A stretch of 61,803 nt of DNA, counting the filler, from Choristocarpus tenellus KU-1152 (Eukaryota > Protista > Phaeophyceae), in assembly GCA_964200185.2 (NCBI GenBank). It is 13 parts of 13 records of this genome, joined end to end, with 100 filler letters (N's around TTAATTAATTAA, not from the genome) between each part and the next. Parts side by side here need not be neighbours in the genome. Positions count along the whole stretch, not along the records: positions 49,895 to 53,490 come from CAXNAD020019046.1; positions 53,591 to 58,317 come from CAXNAD020013320.1; positions 58,418 to 61,803 come from CAXNAD020020386.1; 10 more parts are not named here. One strand, given 5' to 3'. Each line of letters starts with the position of its first letter. Position 1 is the stretch's first letter. The position numbers and the translations under genes were made by a program. Positions 50,738 through 61,803 of the stretch are shown piece after piece. The notes under the pieces were generated by a model, which did not search any database, was not told the origin of the DNA, and was given only the letters and a program-made list of their open reading frames with translations.

Positions 50738-52711
50738 ACCTCCTCACCAGGCCTGGCGCCACTGTAGGATGAATGTAACTAACGTGGGACTCTACCCCTA
50801 TCCCCTACCGCTCACCCTCAAAACTGCTTGCTCAACTATACTTTTCACTGCGCCTAAATACTCTCTACTCATTTGAGCATTGCCCAAGGGTGCGTCATCA
50901 TCAACGATAGTGTATGAAGAGACCAACTTACTCAACTCAACTCAACAATGGAGTAGCCACATACATCCATACAGGCATGTCCGTTATTGTTCAGCATTTT
51001 GGTAGCTTAGTCCATCATTATTTCAGCAAGAATTGAGAATAAGTTCCTTGATATGTTTTCTAACAAGCCACTCTTCAACTGCCCGCCCCTCCACTGCACT
51101 GGGCAAATGATGACAGCTCCTTGACGAGGCAGAGAGTTCATCCAGCACCCTCAATCGTTTCTCCGGAAAGCGCTCTACCATGCTGGACTTTATTGCGCCA
51201 TCTACATTTCCCAAGGACCATGTACCGAAAGGCACAGCAGGCATCCACTAGCAAAAACATTAATTGGGGTGGTGTTAGGACAGTTCTGCTAGATCTTCTC
51301 TTGCTGTGTATGAATGTTCGCCTTGCAGTACGAGACGAGAGGAGTTTCGAGATTAAGGGGCGTGGACTACTACTGCAGTGACAAATGCGAGATGGGTTGT
51401 TGCTACACAAGACCACGCCTTCTTGATAAGCCTGTCACCCCTATGACAATGGTTTTGCTTCTTGGGTTACGAGAAATCGGAGATAGCCCCAGTGAGGAAC
51501 TCTTTGCTGCTGCTCGGCAAAATGTGTCAACTCATTAATGAGAATGCTCTATGCAGTACTACATGCCACAAACTACGGACTCGGATTACTGTATTTGATA
51601 TCATTGATGCCGTTAATAGCAAGTACCCATACATTCAACCCACTCTGCGCCACCCTCTCTCTACGTTGTACACTTCGCCAATTCATTCATGGACTCGCCT
51701 TCAACATATGATTTTATTTTTATTTTTTTCGTACTAAAAAGGGCAAGTACGTAGGTATAACACTAGTTCTAAAGTCTCATCGCATTGTACACCGACAGAC
51801 TCCATGAAAGTTGAACATGAAAAACAATCTATTGACACAGGAGGTAGCTAGCCCACCCTGCAGTCATTGGTTGCTTCCAGTCCCTGCAGACATATCAATA
51901 GAGGTCTAACCTTGGTACTCCAGCTCGCTGTGCTGAATGTGGGTAGACCCACACCCAACCTGACTTGAAAAAAAATAGCATACATATCTTGGAATATCTC
52001 GTCCTTACTTTTTAATTGTTCCTTTGGGGGATACCGAGCCTAAGAGCACAAACAGTTAAGAGTCAATCCAGTTGAGCGGTAGGCAGGGTTGTACTGTAAG
52101 GATCCCGTGAAGGGACAAAAGGATGCAATGGCTTAGAGTGTATTGGTACAGGGTAAGAAAAATGGCTTAGAATGTCAAAAGGGTTCAAACCTGCCTAACT
52201 CTCAATTGGTTTGGACCTAACCTATCTATTTGAACATAAGCACTTTCGACAGTATGAAGTCCACAGTCAAAGAAAATGAGAGGTACCCAGAGTTGCGTTC
52301 TGTGGATCCTGATAAGCATGTTCAAAATTCGTTTTTTATTACAAATGTGTACAGGATTCTGTCGAGAAGACTCAGACAAGAGAGAAATCAACACTCTCAA
52401 GTCAAACTTTAGCACTTCATCCACAGAAATAAGGATGAAATGCAAAAAATAGGAAAATTGGCTTTAAATACAAAAACGGCCAAGAACTGAGTATCTCTCG
52501 CTTACTTTGGGTCTCTCAACGGATTCAAGAACATCTTGAATCTACGAATGATATGGACAACGTATTGACCACTACAGTTCTATGGTTGAAATGACATTTC
52601 TACTCCAGTGTATATAATACGAGTTGTGGACAAGGTTCAGAATCTCGGATTCAATAACCAGAATCGTCAAGAGTCAATTTCCTTTGCACGTGTCAACACA
52701 TGCATTTCACC

Positions 52712-52930
52712 TTACATCATCAGATATGTACCGTACCTTTCACATAGTGGCCACCAGAAGCCAGGTGATTCGTACTCAACCAACACACTGTGTCTAGTAA
52801 CAAGGTTGGCAAAAATAACGAACCACAAGGGGCTTTGGTTTGAACTGTAGCTCGCCATGTCTGTGAATGCGACAGCAGTAGTATTATCAATATAGTATCT
52901 GACATTCGAACAACCTACAAAATCCTCCAT
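52712..52930 (-). mobile_element. Possible Ty1/Copia RNase H remnant
   Basis: VRYYIDNTTAVAFTDMASYSS resembles the Copia RNase H 'IYxDNxxA.....N..YS' segment; heavily decayed. Confidence 0.35.
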
Positions 52931-52974
52931 AAAATGTTGGTGGTGAAGAGAAGGGTATTATGACGGTTTCAAAA

Positions 52975-53194
52975 GATAGTACCTTAGAGGGTACGAGCTT
53001 TTCCCTGTTTGTACATTTTGGGACTTGGCTTCCCACGGGTTTTTAATGACATTTTAACGCAAACGTTATAAAAAAGGTGTCTGGAACAAGGATATTGACA
53101 TCTCCTAACAAACATGATAATCAAAATTGCAACATTGGATTTCGGCCCCCAAATGGGTGTGGTGTGGCTCTACCCTCTAAGATACTTTTGACTC
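52975..53194 (-). mobile_element. MITE family A copy with internal deletions
   Basis: AGTACCTTAGAGGGTACGAG ... TACCCTCTAAGATACTTTTGACTC. Confidence 0.82.
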
Positions 53195-53353
53195 TTTCAT
53201 GGCTTGATGCCAAGAGGAAGGAGACAGACCAAGGAAAGAGCATACCGATGTGCAAGTTAACTGCAATCAGAAGGAGGAAGATGTGTACTTGGGGCAGTCA
53301 ATGTCCCCCCACTTTGAACACGATCTCCACTATTAGCAGGGGAGGATGGTAAG

Positions 53354-53490
53354 AACAGCCGATTTCAAAAATTGAGGATGGGCTTGACCCAAAATTGACT
53401 GGGATAAAGTGTCGATATGATTTTTAAAAAAAATGACAAAAAAAAAAAAAACATATCGACACTTTATCCCAGTCAATTTTGGGTCAAGCC
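53354..53490. repeat. MITE family C sequence with 39-bp perfect inverted repeat at contig end
   Basis: 53381-53419 is the exact reverse complement of 53452-53490; the left part matches 132-216. Confidence 0.75.
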
Positions 53491-53590
53491 NNNNNNNNNN
53501 NNNNNNNNNNNNNNNNNNNNNNNNNNNNNNNNNNTTAATTAATTAANNNNNNNNNNNNNNNNNNNNNNNNNNNNNNNNNNNNNNNNNNNN
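53491..53590. other. Artificial contig spacer
   Basis: 44 N + TTAATTAATTAA + 44 N. Confidence 0.97.
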
Positions 53591-53767
53591 GGGGTGGGGG
53601 GTGGGGGGGGGGGGGGGTCTACACCAGGGTGTCCATTTAGGTCAAAATCAGGAGAGATGCATTTGCAGTATCCATCCGACGTATGCAACCAAATCACACA
53701 AAAATCGTGACACGAAGAATTGACCCCAAATGGACAGCCACCACCTCCCCCTCCAGATTCTTTGAGT
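53591..53767. mobile_element. MITE family B (B1) at contig start
   Basis: Poly-G, GGGGTCTACACCAGGGTGTCCATTT ... CCAGATTCTTTGAGT. Confidence 0.75.
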
Positions 53768-53923
53768 GTACAAATTCACATGCCACCTCTTGGTCACGAG
53801 TGCATTGCTACTGTTCACCATCAGGTTCCCATTGTTTGTCTCACAAGGATTCGTAATGCATGTGCCTGGGGCCTGCACTTCTTTTAATTCTGGGGTGTTG
53901 GGGTGGTACTTGTATCATTGCAG

Positions 53924-56565
53924 ATGGTTCTGACGATCAAACTAAGCTCCTTTGCTTACAACATCTATGATGGACGGAAGTGGGCAGAGATCCAGAATGA
54001 CACTGGTGACAAGCGGAAGGATAAGTGAGTTACGTTAGTTGTCACGGTTGGTTTTTGAGGGTTGGTCTGGAAGGGGGATGACGTTAATGGTCGTTTATTC
54101 CTTGCCGGTGCATCTTAGATTCATTCATATTCAGATTGGGCATGAACATACCAAGTCATATATTAGTGAATAGGTAAAATGGAGGCTTGGCACGTCTGTA
54201 ACACAGGAGGTGGGGAAGAGTGAACTGATGCGGGGCGGATGCTTGAGGTGGCTAATTTGGGTAAGCGCATGAGATGCCTCTAGGGTTAGGGCACCTAGTG
54301 TGTTATCTACTCTCTTGTTTATGGTCACTACTCTATATTTTGCATTTAAGGAAAAGAGGACTGTTAGTGTGTTGCTAACTGTAAGTTTTATCCTGCATCC
54401 ACAAAAGCGAATTCCAGGACTGCCAAGACTCTTGTGTATACACAAAGGTAATCAGGCCCCATTAATGTTGTGTTGTGGTGTTCTGTAGGGAATCCAACTC
54501 AAGTGTGTGTGTGGTCCCATCTTTGATTTAGGTACGTGATTGTTGCTCTCTGTTTATATTTTTTTTATTGGTTCTATTGTGTGTGTGAGCAAGACTCGTG
54601 TGCTCATATTAGAGTTTAAAGTTTTTGATTGGTTGAACTTTTCAAAGCAGGTAGAGCTATGACCCTCTTTTGAGATCTGCTGTGAAAGTCGTTGTAGTTT
54701 TTGTAATGGGGTTCGAAAATCATTGCAGTGGAGCATAAAATAGGGACTCGCTGCTGTCTAAACTCTTCCATGCACTGTTTGCAACCACTTACCAACCCCC
54801 CCCCCCCCCCCTCCTGCCCTGCCTCTCTTCCTTGAATTAGATCCATACGGATCCAGGATTTACTGGAATGTTGAAGCTCAAAATATCCCCTTCTGCACAA
54901 ACTGTTGTGTGATATCATGTCTGCAATCAATCCCTCATCGCACTCTACCCCAACTCCTTTTTCCCACCATGCATGCTCTTCCTCCCCCATATCACCTTGC
55001 CATGCTGTGGATGGGTGTTTGTGTATAGGGTGCTAGAGGCTCGCCGTAGGTATGCTCTTCGAACTATGCCCAGTGTGTTGGAGTACCTGGGCTATGTTTT
55101 CTGCTTCTCATCCATCCTTGCTGGGCCTGCTTTTGAGTATTCTGAGTACATTGGTGCTGTCACTGGTGCAAGCTACCAGAAGGTCAGATATGGAGAGGGT
55201 TGGGGGGGGAGGGGAGGCTGTGGTCTGGATCTTGTTTACATCAAGGGTGGAATGAATGAGCGTTTGGTCCTTCTTTGCAGTTGTAGGGTGGGGGTAGAGG
55301 CAAGGCAACACGAATTAGCACACACCGTCTCGAAGTGTTGATCTGCACTTGTGTTACACTTGATGGCCTTTTAAAAATTTTGCTCTTGACAGATACAAGT
55401 AAATATGTGTCATGATGATTGAATGGATGAGACGTACATTCCACTGTCCAAATTCTAAAGTGGAACATTACAGTTTCGTTATTGAGATAATCACACTGCG
55501 TATGACCCTCCGTCAAGAGTACCTGGAGGTTCAACATGCTCCCCTCCTCTCTGGAAGAGATCTTGTCGATACCATGAGAATTTGTTCCACATTGCCTCTG
55601 CTGCTGAACATGACAAGACTGGATTGAAAAAGAGCTTACATTTTTCTGTTATCATTCCGTTTTTTTGTTTTTTTAATTGTCAGAATGGTGCCCCTAGCAG
55701 GATGAGAGGTAACGTTATGCCTGCTCTGGGTAAGCTTGCTGTGGGTTTGTTCTGCCTTGTGACGTACCAGCTTGGGTCCCCTTACTTCGCTATGGCGGTG
55801 AGGTTAATGAGGCTTCTAGAAGCCTCATTATGTTGCAGGGCACTCCTGTTGGTTTCAGTGGTCGGGGTGGGGTTTGCCCCAGAAGAATTAATGCAGGGAA
55901 GGGAGAGGGAGAGGACGAGATTTTGAGTGTTGGGACTAAGGTTAGGGATAGAGTTGCTTGTATTGATTGATTATAGGGCACAGGCCGGTGTTGAGCCTGT
56001 CTTTGGTGCTGTTTTTGTTTGAAATATGAGTTATTGCAGTACCCCTGTACATGAATGAATAAAGACACCTTGGAGGGTGTGCCACGAGCAGGATTCAACA
56101 TGCCTTGAAGTTTGTGTGTGTGTGTGTGTTGTATTATGTGTTTCACACACTTGCGCTGACATGTTGATGCTAGTGCTTTTTACTCAAATTAAAAAAAAAA
56201 AAAATGCTCTATATTGGAGATAACGTGTTTGGCATCATGCATGTACTTGTTGCAAATAAGACAAAGAAAAGGAAGACATCCCTCCTCTTCCCTCGAAATA
56301 AAACAACCTCCCTCCCCGCCTTTTGTGTCTAACTTCGTTCACCAGCAACCCAGGCACCTGTCTGTCTTGTCCCCTGCAGGATGTGCCCACTGAGAAGGTT
56401 CTGTCCTTGGGGATATTTTCGCGAGGGGTGCACGTTTGGGTGACCATGTTCTTCTGCCGCATGAAGTACTTCTTTGCATGGAAGGTTGCAGACGGTGCCT
56501 CTGTCATGGGTGGCTTTGGTTTTGAGGGATACGACAAAATGGGCAAGGCTATTGGATGGAATGGG
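53924..56565 (+). CDS. MBOAT-family lysophospholipid acyltransferase (LPCAT/ALE1-like), four internal exons
   Basis: Exons 53924-54024 (MVLTIKLSSFAYNIYDG), 55029-55182 (MPSVLEYLGYVFCFSSILAGPAFEYSEY), 55684-55797 and 56380-56565 (RMKYFFAWKVADGASVMGGFGFEGYD...W). In phase with GT-AG; motifs characteristic of LPLAT-type MBOATs. Confidence 0.9.
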
Positions 56566-58317
56566 GTGAGGGCTATGTTTTGTTGTGAATATGTTATCCA
56601 TCTAAGTTAGGACAGACGATCCAGGCAAGGCAAGGCAAGAGGTTGATGCTGTGTCACGTGTTTAGTCTCGCCTTGCATGGTTCCAAGGGAGGGGGGAGTT
56701 GCATTGCTGACAGGCTGTACGTCCTATCCTACTTTGAGGGTATTGCCCGGTGTTCGTTTCCATGGGTAGGCGGTTGTTGTGGTTGTTGATTCATTTTTTT
56801 TTAATCTCGGTGGACGTTGAACATACCCCGACCCTTTGTTTCTGTGAAGAAGAGACATTCCCGCTCTCCTGATGTCGTCCGTAGAACTTCCTAGGAAATT
56901 TCCGGTTGTCTAATCATTGTGATTGAGGTGAACATGTAGCTCAAAAGGTTTGTCTTCGAATTACTCCATGTCATGTCCTTCCCCCCCCCCTTTCCCACCC
57001 ACTTCTCTCACTTGTGATCGTAGGTAAGCAACATTGAGATCATTAACTTTGAGAAAGCTTCTAATGTGACTGAGAATGCAAGGATGTGGAACAAGCGTAC
57101 TCAAGGGTGGCTTGAACGTTACGTATACATGCGGACTGGTAAGTAAGGGTTTTGTTCCGTCTGTGCCCCTTCTGATTGTTTTGTCTTCCCTCCATGGCAC
57201 TTGTAGTTGCTGTCTAAAGTAAACGTGGTGCTTAGGGATTCACCGTCTGCTCTTTTGTCATGTTGTGTTGCTGCCCTGCACCGGAGGGGGTGAGTTGGAC
57301 TTCAGGTTAAATTTGCTCCTTGCAGTGCAAATAGCGGTGGACAGTTAGCTCTCCATTGTACAGTGTAACATCCCAGATGTCTTTGGTTAGATTGAATTCT
57401 TTGTTGATGAAAGGTGATGGTGAATGGTGTTTGGTAGGTGGAAGGAGACTCTGCGGCGCCTCTAGTTTTTGTGTTGGTATCAATGCATCAATGCCAGTTT
57501 TTGTGTTGGTATCAATGCCAGCTGTAAGTATAACAATTGTTCTCTGTACCTTTATAAATATACATATTTTAAGTATGTGCAAAGAGTTTGAATCAGTTTT
57601 TGGTGTTGAGGAAGGTATACATTCGATTCTGAGGTGTATTATTTCTGTCAAAAAGAAGAATCTTTGCTGCTCCTCTGGTGATCAGTGGTGGGTTCTCATC
57701 TATCAATACTCTCCTTGAAGACCTCTATGAAATGCGCAGACACTGCCTCATTCCATCGTCCAATTTCAATTTCTAGATTGTGCTGTTGTGATTATGTTAG
57801 AAACAATGGGACATAAAGGGAGGTTGAAAACTGCTTAGAGTTGACTATGTAAAGTTAAGACAGTCGTGTCGTGTGTATGTTTGGGAAAGGTGAGATCAAC
57901 AAAATAGGCTCTGCTCAAGTGTAGCTGGAGCCTTCTTGGATAACATATAAACAGGTGCCAACTATGGAATCTGGTGATGCAATCGATCTTTCCCACCTGC
58001 CGTCCCTCGAGTCTCGGGTCATTTGAATTGACTTCTGTTTTACCTGTACCAATTCACTTGAGCTACCCCATACACTATGGGGATTATTGTGCAGTGGTAG
58101 CGCCATAGTGCCATGAGTGGTATTTCAATTGTTGGCAACGTAAGGGGACAGGGTGTTAACTGGCTTTGTCTGCCCTGCTTGTCACATGCATTCCCGGAGC
58201 AGTCATCTCAATCCTTGTGTTTCCCATTACTTAGCCAAATGCCTCTGCCCCCCCCCCCCCCCCCCCCCTCCTCGCCCCCTACCTCAAACACCTCCTACCC
58301 ACCAAAAACCCGGCTCC

Positions 58318-58417
58318 NNNNNNNNNNNNNNNNNNNNNNNNNNNNNNNNNNNNNNNNNNNNTTAATTAATTAANNNNNNNNNNNNNNNNNNNNNNNNNNN
58401 NNNNNNNNNNNNNNNNN
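58318..58417. other. Artificial contig spacer
   Basis: 44 N + TTAATTAATTAA + 44 N. Confidence 0.97.
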
Positions 58418-58575
58418 GGGTAGCGGCTGTTCGTTTGGGGTCAATTTTTCATGTCGCGTTTTTCGGGTAATTTGGTTGCATACGTTGGATGTATAATGTA
58501 AATACACTTTTCCTGATTTGGGTCCAAATGGACACCCTGGTGTAGACCCTCACCCCCCCCCAGATACTTTGGGTC
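58418..58575. mobile_element. MITE family B (B1) at contig start
   Basis: Ends CCCCCCCCCAGATACTTTGGGTC; interior is the reverse complement of 42260-42413. Confidence 0.75.
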
Positions 58576-59248
58576 TGAACCACGCCGCCACAGAATCACA
58601 CGATTCACATTATGATTATTTTGATTATTGTTAAGGGGTGTGGTTGTGTGTAATGGAGATTGATAAAAACCAATATATAATTATATTGTTATGCCCTCTG
58701 ACATTTCGCAGAGGTGTCAGGGGGGAAACCAATATATGGCATTTAGAAAGGAAGTGAAAGATGAGACTGACGCATGCTGAATGGTATATGGATCAACCTT
58801 CAATGTGATTGGTTGTGACCATTCAGAACAGAAAACACAATCTCGGTCTTTGCTGGTTTAAATCCACAGTTCATGTGGAAGTTACTCTGTGACATTTGTC
58901 TGTCTGTCCCACAACACATCACTTCACCTTCCCTCAATACCAAAAGGTGATGCGCGCAAATGTATCTGAGTAGGCGTATTAATCTTGACATATCCCAAAA
59001 AGGTGATCTGCCGTAAACATTATTATGGTCATTATTATTTTGAATAGTAGTAGTAGTAGTAGTAGTATAGTGCTACAATAATAGGTTATGATGGTAAGGT
59101 TTTCCACCATTACTTTTGATGTATACATCGGATTAAAAAAATGATGTATATTCGAGATGCCCGTCACAACGCCCTCCAGAGTAGGGGCTTTGTTTTTTTT
59201 CGATATTTTTTTTTTAAGAAAGAGGGCTCATATATTGGGGTTCGAACC

Positions 59249-59370
59249 GGGTCAAAGTATCTGGGGGGGGGAGTGTCGGCGTCCGTTTTTCACCCTTTCT
59301 CAATTTTCACTTTTTGTTGTGATTTGATCGCACGTGTCGCTTTTGAAATGTCAGCAAAAGGAGACTGTTG
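59249..59370. mobile_element. MITE family B (B2), right end missing
   Basis: GGGTCAAAGTATCT + poly-G; interior matches 8367-8500. Confidence 0.75.
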
Positions 59371-59934
59371 GTTAGGTTCATTTCTGTCCTTGCGTACACA
59401 AGAGGAATGGGAATGTATGCCACCATTTAATTAGGTTTAGTTAGGAGTTTGGACGTTTGTATGTGTCGGATTTCGAGTCTGCTCAAACAGATTTATTGGT
59501 TTATGTATGTTGGTGGCGCAGTTACGATGAAGAACGAGATACGTGTTAGGCTGTTCCAGGACTGGATTTTTTTGTTTTTGCATGACTGGGATTAGGTTAG
59601 CACATAAAGAGGGTTGTCGGTTAGGGTGTGTTTTCCCACTGTTGGATGAGGAATTGAAAAAAACAATATGGACTTTTGCAAGGTTGCTTTTTTCGTTTAT
59701 TTGCTTGCATCGGTCGTGTCTGGTGTGTACACAAAGAGGACTGTCAGTTTGGGCCTGTTCTCCCGGTGTGTGCACGAAGAACCAGAACATAAGGAGCCAA
59801 AGTGTCGTAGAGGGTAAAGCGGTTCTGCCAATCGGCAAACTAATAAAAAACTCCAAGTTTTGGGTTTCATCACACACTGCCATCCGTCGATACCAAACAC
59901 TCGCTACAGCAATAGGTAGCACTTATCACTACAG

Positions 59935-61492
59935 AAATGTAATCACATAGAATCGATCACAGCAAACTGCCTCAGTGCCGACACTAACTCCAACATGTAC
60001 CACCCCTCCCCATATACGCACAATCACCACAACCCTTTGGATTGGACGAACAGGGACGGCAGACAGCACAGTAACACGTATACAAAACTTCTATACATCA
60101 ACACGTTCCACACACAGGAGATACTCCACCTTCCGTCTTACAAGATCGACCGCGCGGGACGACATGACCCACGTGTCCCAAACCTCAGTGGAATTAAGTC
60201 CATGCACAGGTTCTTCACTGGTCGGCTCACATCTGGAGGCTCCCGTACATTGATATATACCGAACTGTCGTGCTACTGTACGAACTGTTCCATCGGCAAC
60301 CTGACCCAATGCAGGTGGCAACTGACCCACGTGCCCCCGCTCAAGGAGATAGACCTCGGATTTTCCACTTAAGCGGGACAGGTGATATTTATCTGAGAAG
60401 TCAGCTGTCGAGGAAAAAGAGACAGCTGACCGAGGGGAACATATGCATTGTGCGGACGCAGCCATTGGAGTACAATGGTATAGAGTTCTTGCCGTTCACT
60501 GTCCACCGCAAGGACACGATTCATTGGAACGCCAGACACCACTCCATCTACGGAGGGATGTTCAGTGCTGGAGATGAGGTCGTCTTTGTCACTGAAGACT
60601 TCGAGGTGCTGAGTGCTAGCTTTGTTGATGGAGTGCCAACTATTCACATGTCACAGACGGACAAGGTGAGTAACGCTTCTTATTGCTTCTAAGGGAACAA
60701 TGCCCCACAAGAATGATTCCACCCTGTCCATATACATGATACAGATCTCACATATTCCCTTACATCCCCTCTAACTAACATGAAATCCTCCCATAACTCC
60801 AATCCTGACATCCAAATCAGTGGCATTTTATTGTCCCAATCTGCAACAGCCACTGACATCTTTCACATAATATTTCACAACTTACGTAGGGCAAATAATC
60901 ACATCCCATTCGTTCATTCCGCTGCCTAAGTGTATCCTCTATCATATACAAAACTATTCGTTTCTTTAAAAAATCAACAGACAACACCCCTGTAGAACCA
61001 AACCAGGCCATAACACGCAAACATATTCCAGTGGTCCTACACACCAACTCAGCCCCCGCAATGAACATGTTTGTGGTGATGCAGGACGCACAACCGGGTC
61101 CCCGCATCGTGCCCCTTCAGGCTATCATCATCCCAGACTTCACAGACATCGAACACAACCACCTGGATAACACATTCACGATCCTGCCTGGTCAATACCA
61201 AAGGCTCACATCGGAATCCAACCATCAATCTCTCAGTGGGATACCTGCTCGCTTCTCTCGGCAACTCAGACTTGGGGACATATCCGATGCCAGGTTCGGT
61301 CGAGGAACCAGCTTCATCCTACGCGTGCGTGGGGGGGTCATGGTACAGGGGAAGGTTGAAGATGTTCACGTAGATGGTTCAGGGGCATACATATACTCAG
61401 TGTCCTACCTCCCGGACGATGGCGAAAAATCTTTACCCCCTCAACTGGGGTTGTACATGGCAGAGGACGAGATCGAGGAGGGTGTCAACTAA
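59935..61492 (+). pseudogene. Disrupted transposase-like gene: Cys cluster region plus Tudor-like C-terminal domain
   Basis: GIKSMHRF...LIYTELSCYCTNC..G...QC (60190-60312), a frameshift near 60360, a donor at about 60666, then ORF 61031-61492 ending GKVEDVHVDGSGAYIYSVSYLPDDGE...MAEDEI. Family assignment is inferred. Confidence 0.45.
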
Positions 61493-61606
61493 GTTCGAGA
61501 AAAGAACAAGAGGGAGAGTGACGAGGCTGCAGCCCTGTGTGTCAGACAACACAGTCAGTCGATTGTTGACCGCCGGCCGAAGCGTAGGGACATGGACAAG
61601 GATATA

Positions 61607-61785
61607 GAGTGAAATATCTTAGAGGGTACGAGTTTTGCCCTGTTTGTCAATTTGGGGCCTGGCTTCCCTCGGGGTTTTTATGACGTTTTCCTACTCCAAA
61701 ATGTTTCGGAGTAGATACAATTGATACGTCCTGAAAAGGTGTGTCCGGAGCAAGGATATTGACACTTCCTAACAAACACTATAGT
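61607..61785 (-). mobile_element. MITE family A copy, interrupted by the start of another TIR at the window edge
   Basis: GAGTGAAATATCTTAGAGGGTACGAG...; then TCAAAGTATCTGTAGGG at 61787-61803. Confidence 0.82.
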
Positions 61786-61803
61786 ATCAAAGTATCTGTA
61801 GGG

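Noticed and set aside
11738-56565. A functional gene cluster (MSH2, APX, kinase, RCC1, XK1, MBOAT)
   Set aside because: Each gene sits on a different contig, so adjacency is artificial.
8513-58417. Regularly recurring TTAATTAATTAA as a biological repeat or array
   Set aside because: It is always centred in exactly 44+44 Ns, so it is a synthetic linker.
59437-59950. 161-aa and 135-aa overlapping ORFs
   Set aside because: No recognisable motif, and they are open on both strands in T-rich sequence; probably non-coding.

Overview
This is eukaryotic nuclear DNA, not a contiguous locus. Thirteen short contigs (about 3-8.5 kb) are joined by twelve identical 100-nt artificial spacers (44 N + TTAATTAATTAA + 44 N), so no gene neighbourhood can be inferred across spacers. 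The organism is probably a photosynthetic stramenopile (brown alga or close relative; inference). That rests on short exons with GT-AG introns, a signal-peptide-led plastid enzyme, a plastid-type ascorbate peroxidase and TTAGGG repeats. I assembled partial spliced host genes by hand: MSH2 (8 exons), a D-ribulose kinase/XK1-like FGGY kinase (6), an MBOAT lysophospholipid acyltransferase (4), a TKL kinase, APX, an RCC1-repeat protein, a Kelch protein with a GPI-like tail, an EF-hand-like protein and a USP fragment. The rest is dominated by decayed transposons: Ty3/Gypsy gag and pol, an RLE-type non-LTR fragment, a CCCH-bearing gag-like ORF, a Cys-cluster plus Tudor-like transposase-like ORF, and more than 20 MITE copies. 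Two MITE families share a G(A/G)GTCAAAGTATCT terminal core, and family A shows 3-bp TSDs. The most interesting signals are (1) repeated conversion of MITE termini to perfect telomeric repeats amid many short interstitial TTAGGG arrays, (2) a 5'-to-3' CpG gradient in genes suggesting gene-body CpG methylation, and (3) the unusual transposase-like ORF at the window end. I see no well-supported novel multi-gene system. All family calls come from motif recognition by eye; no database search was run.
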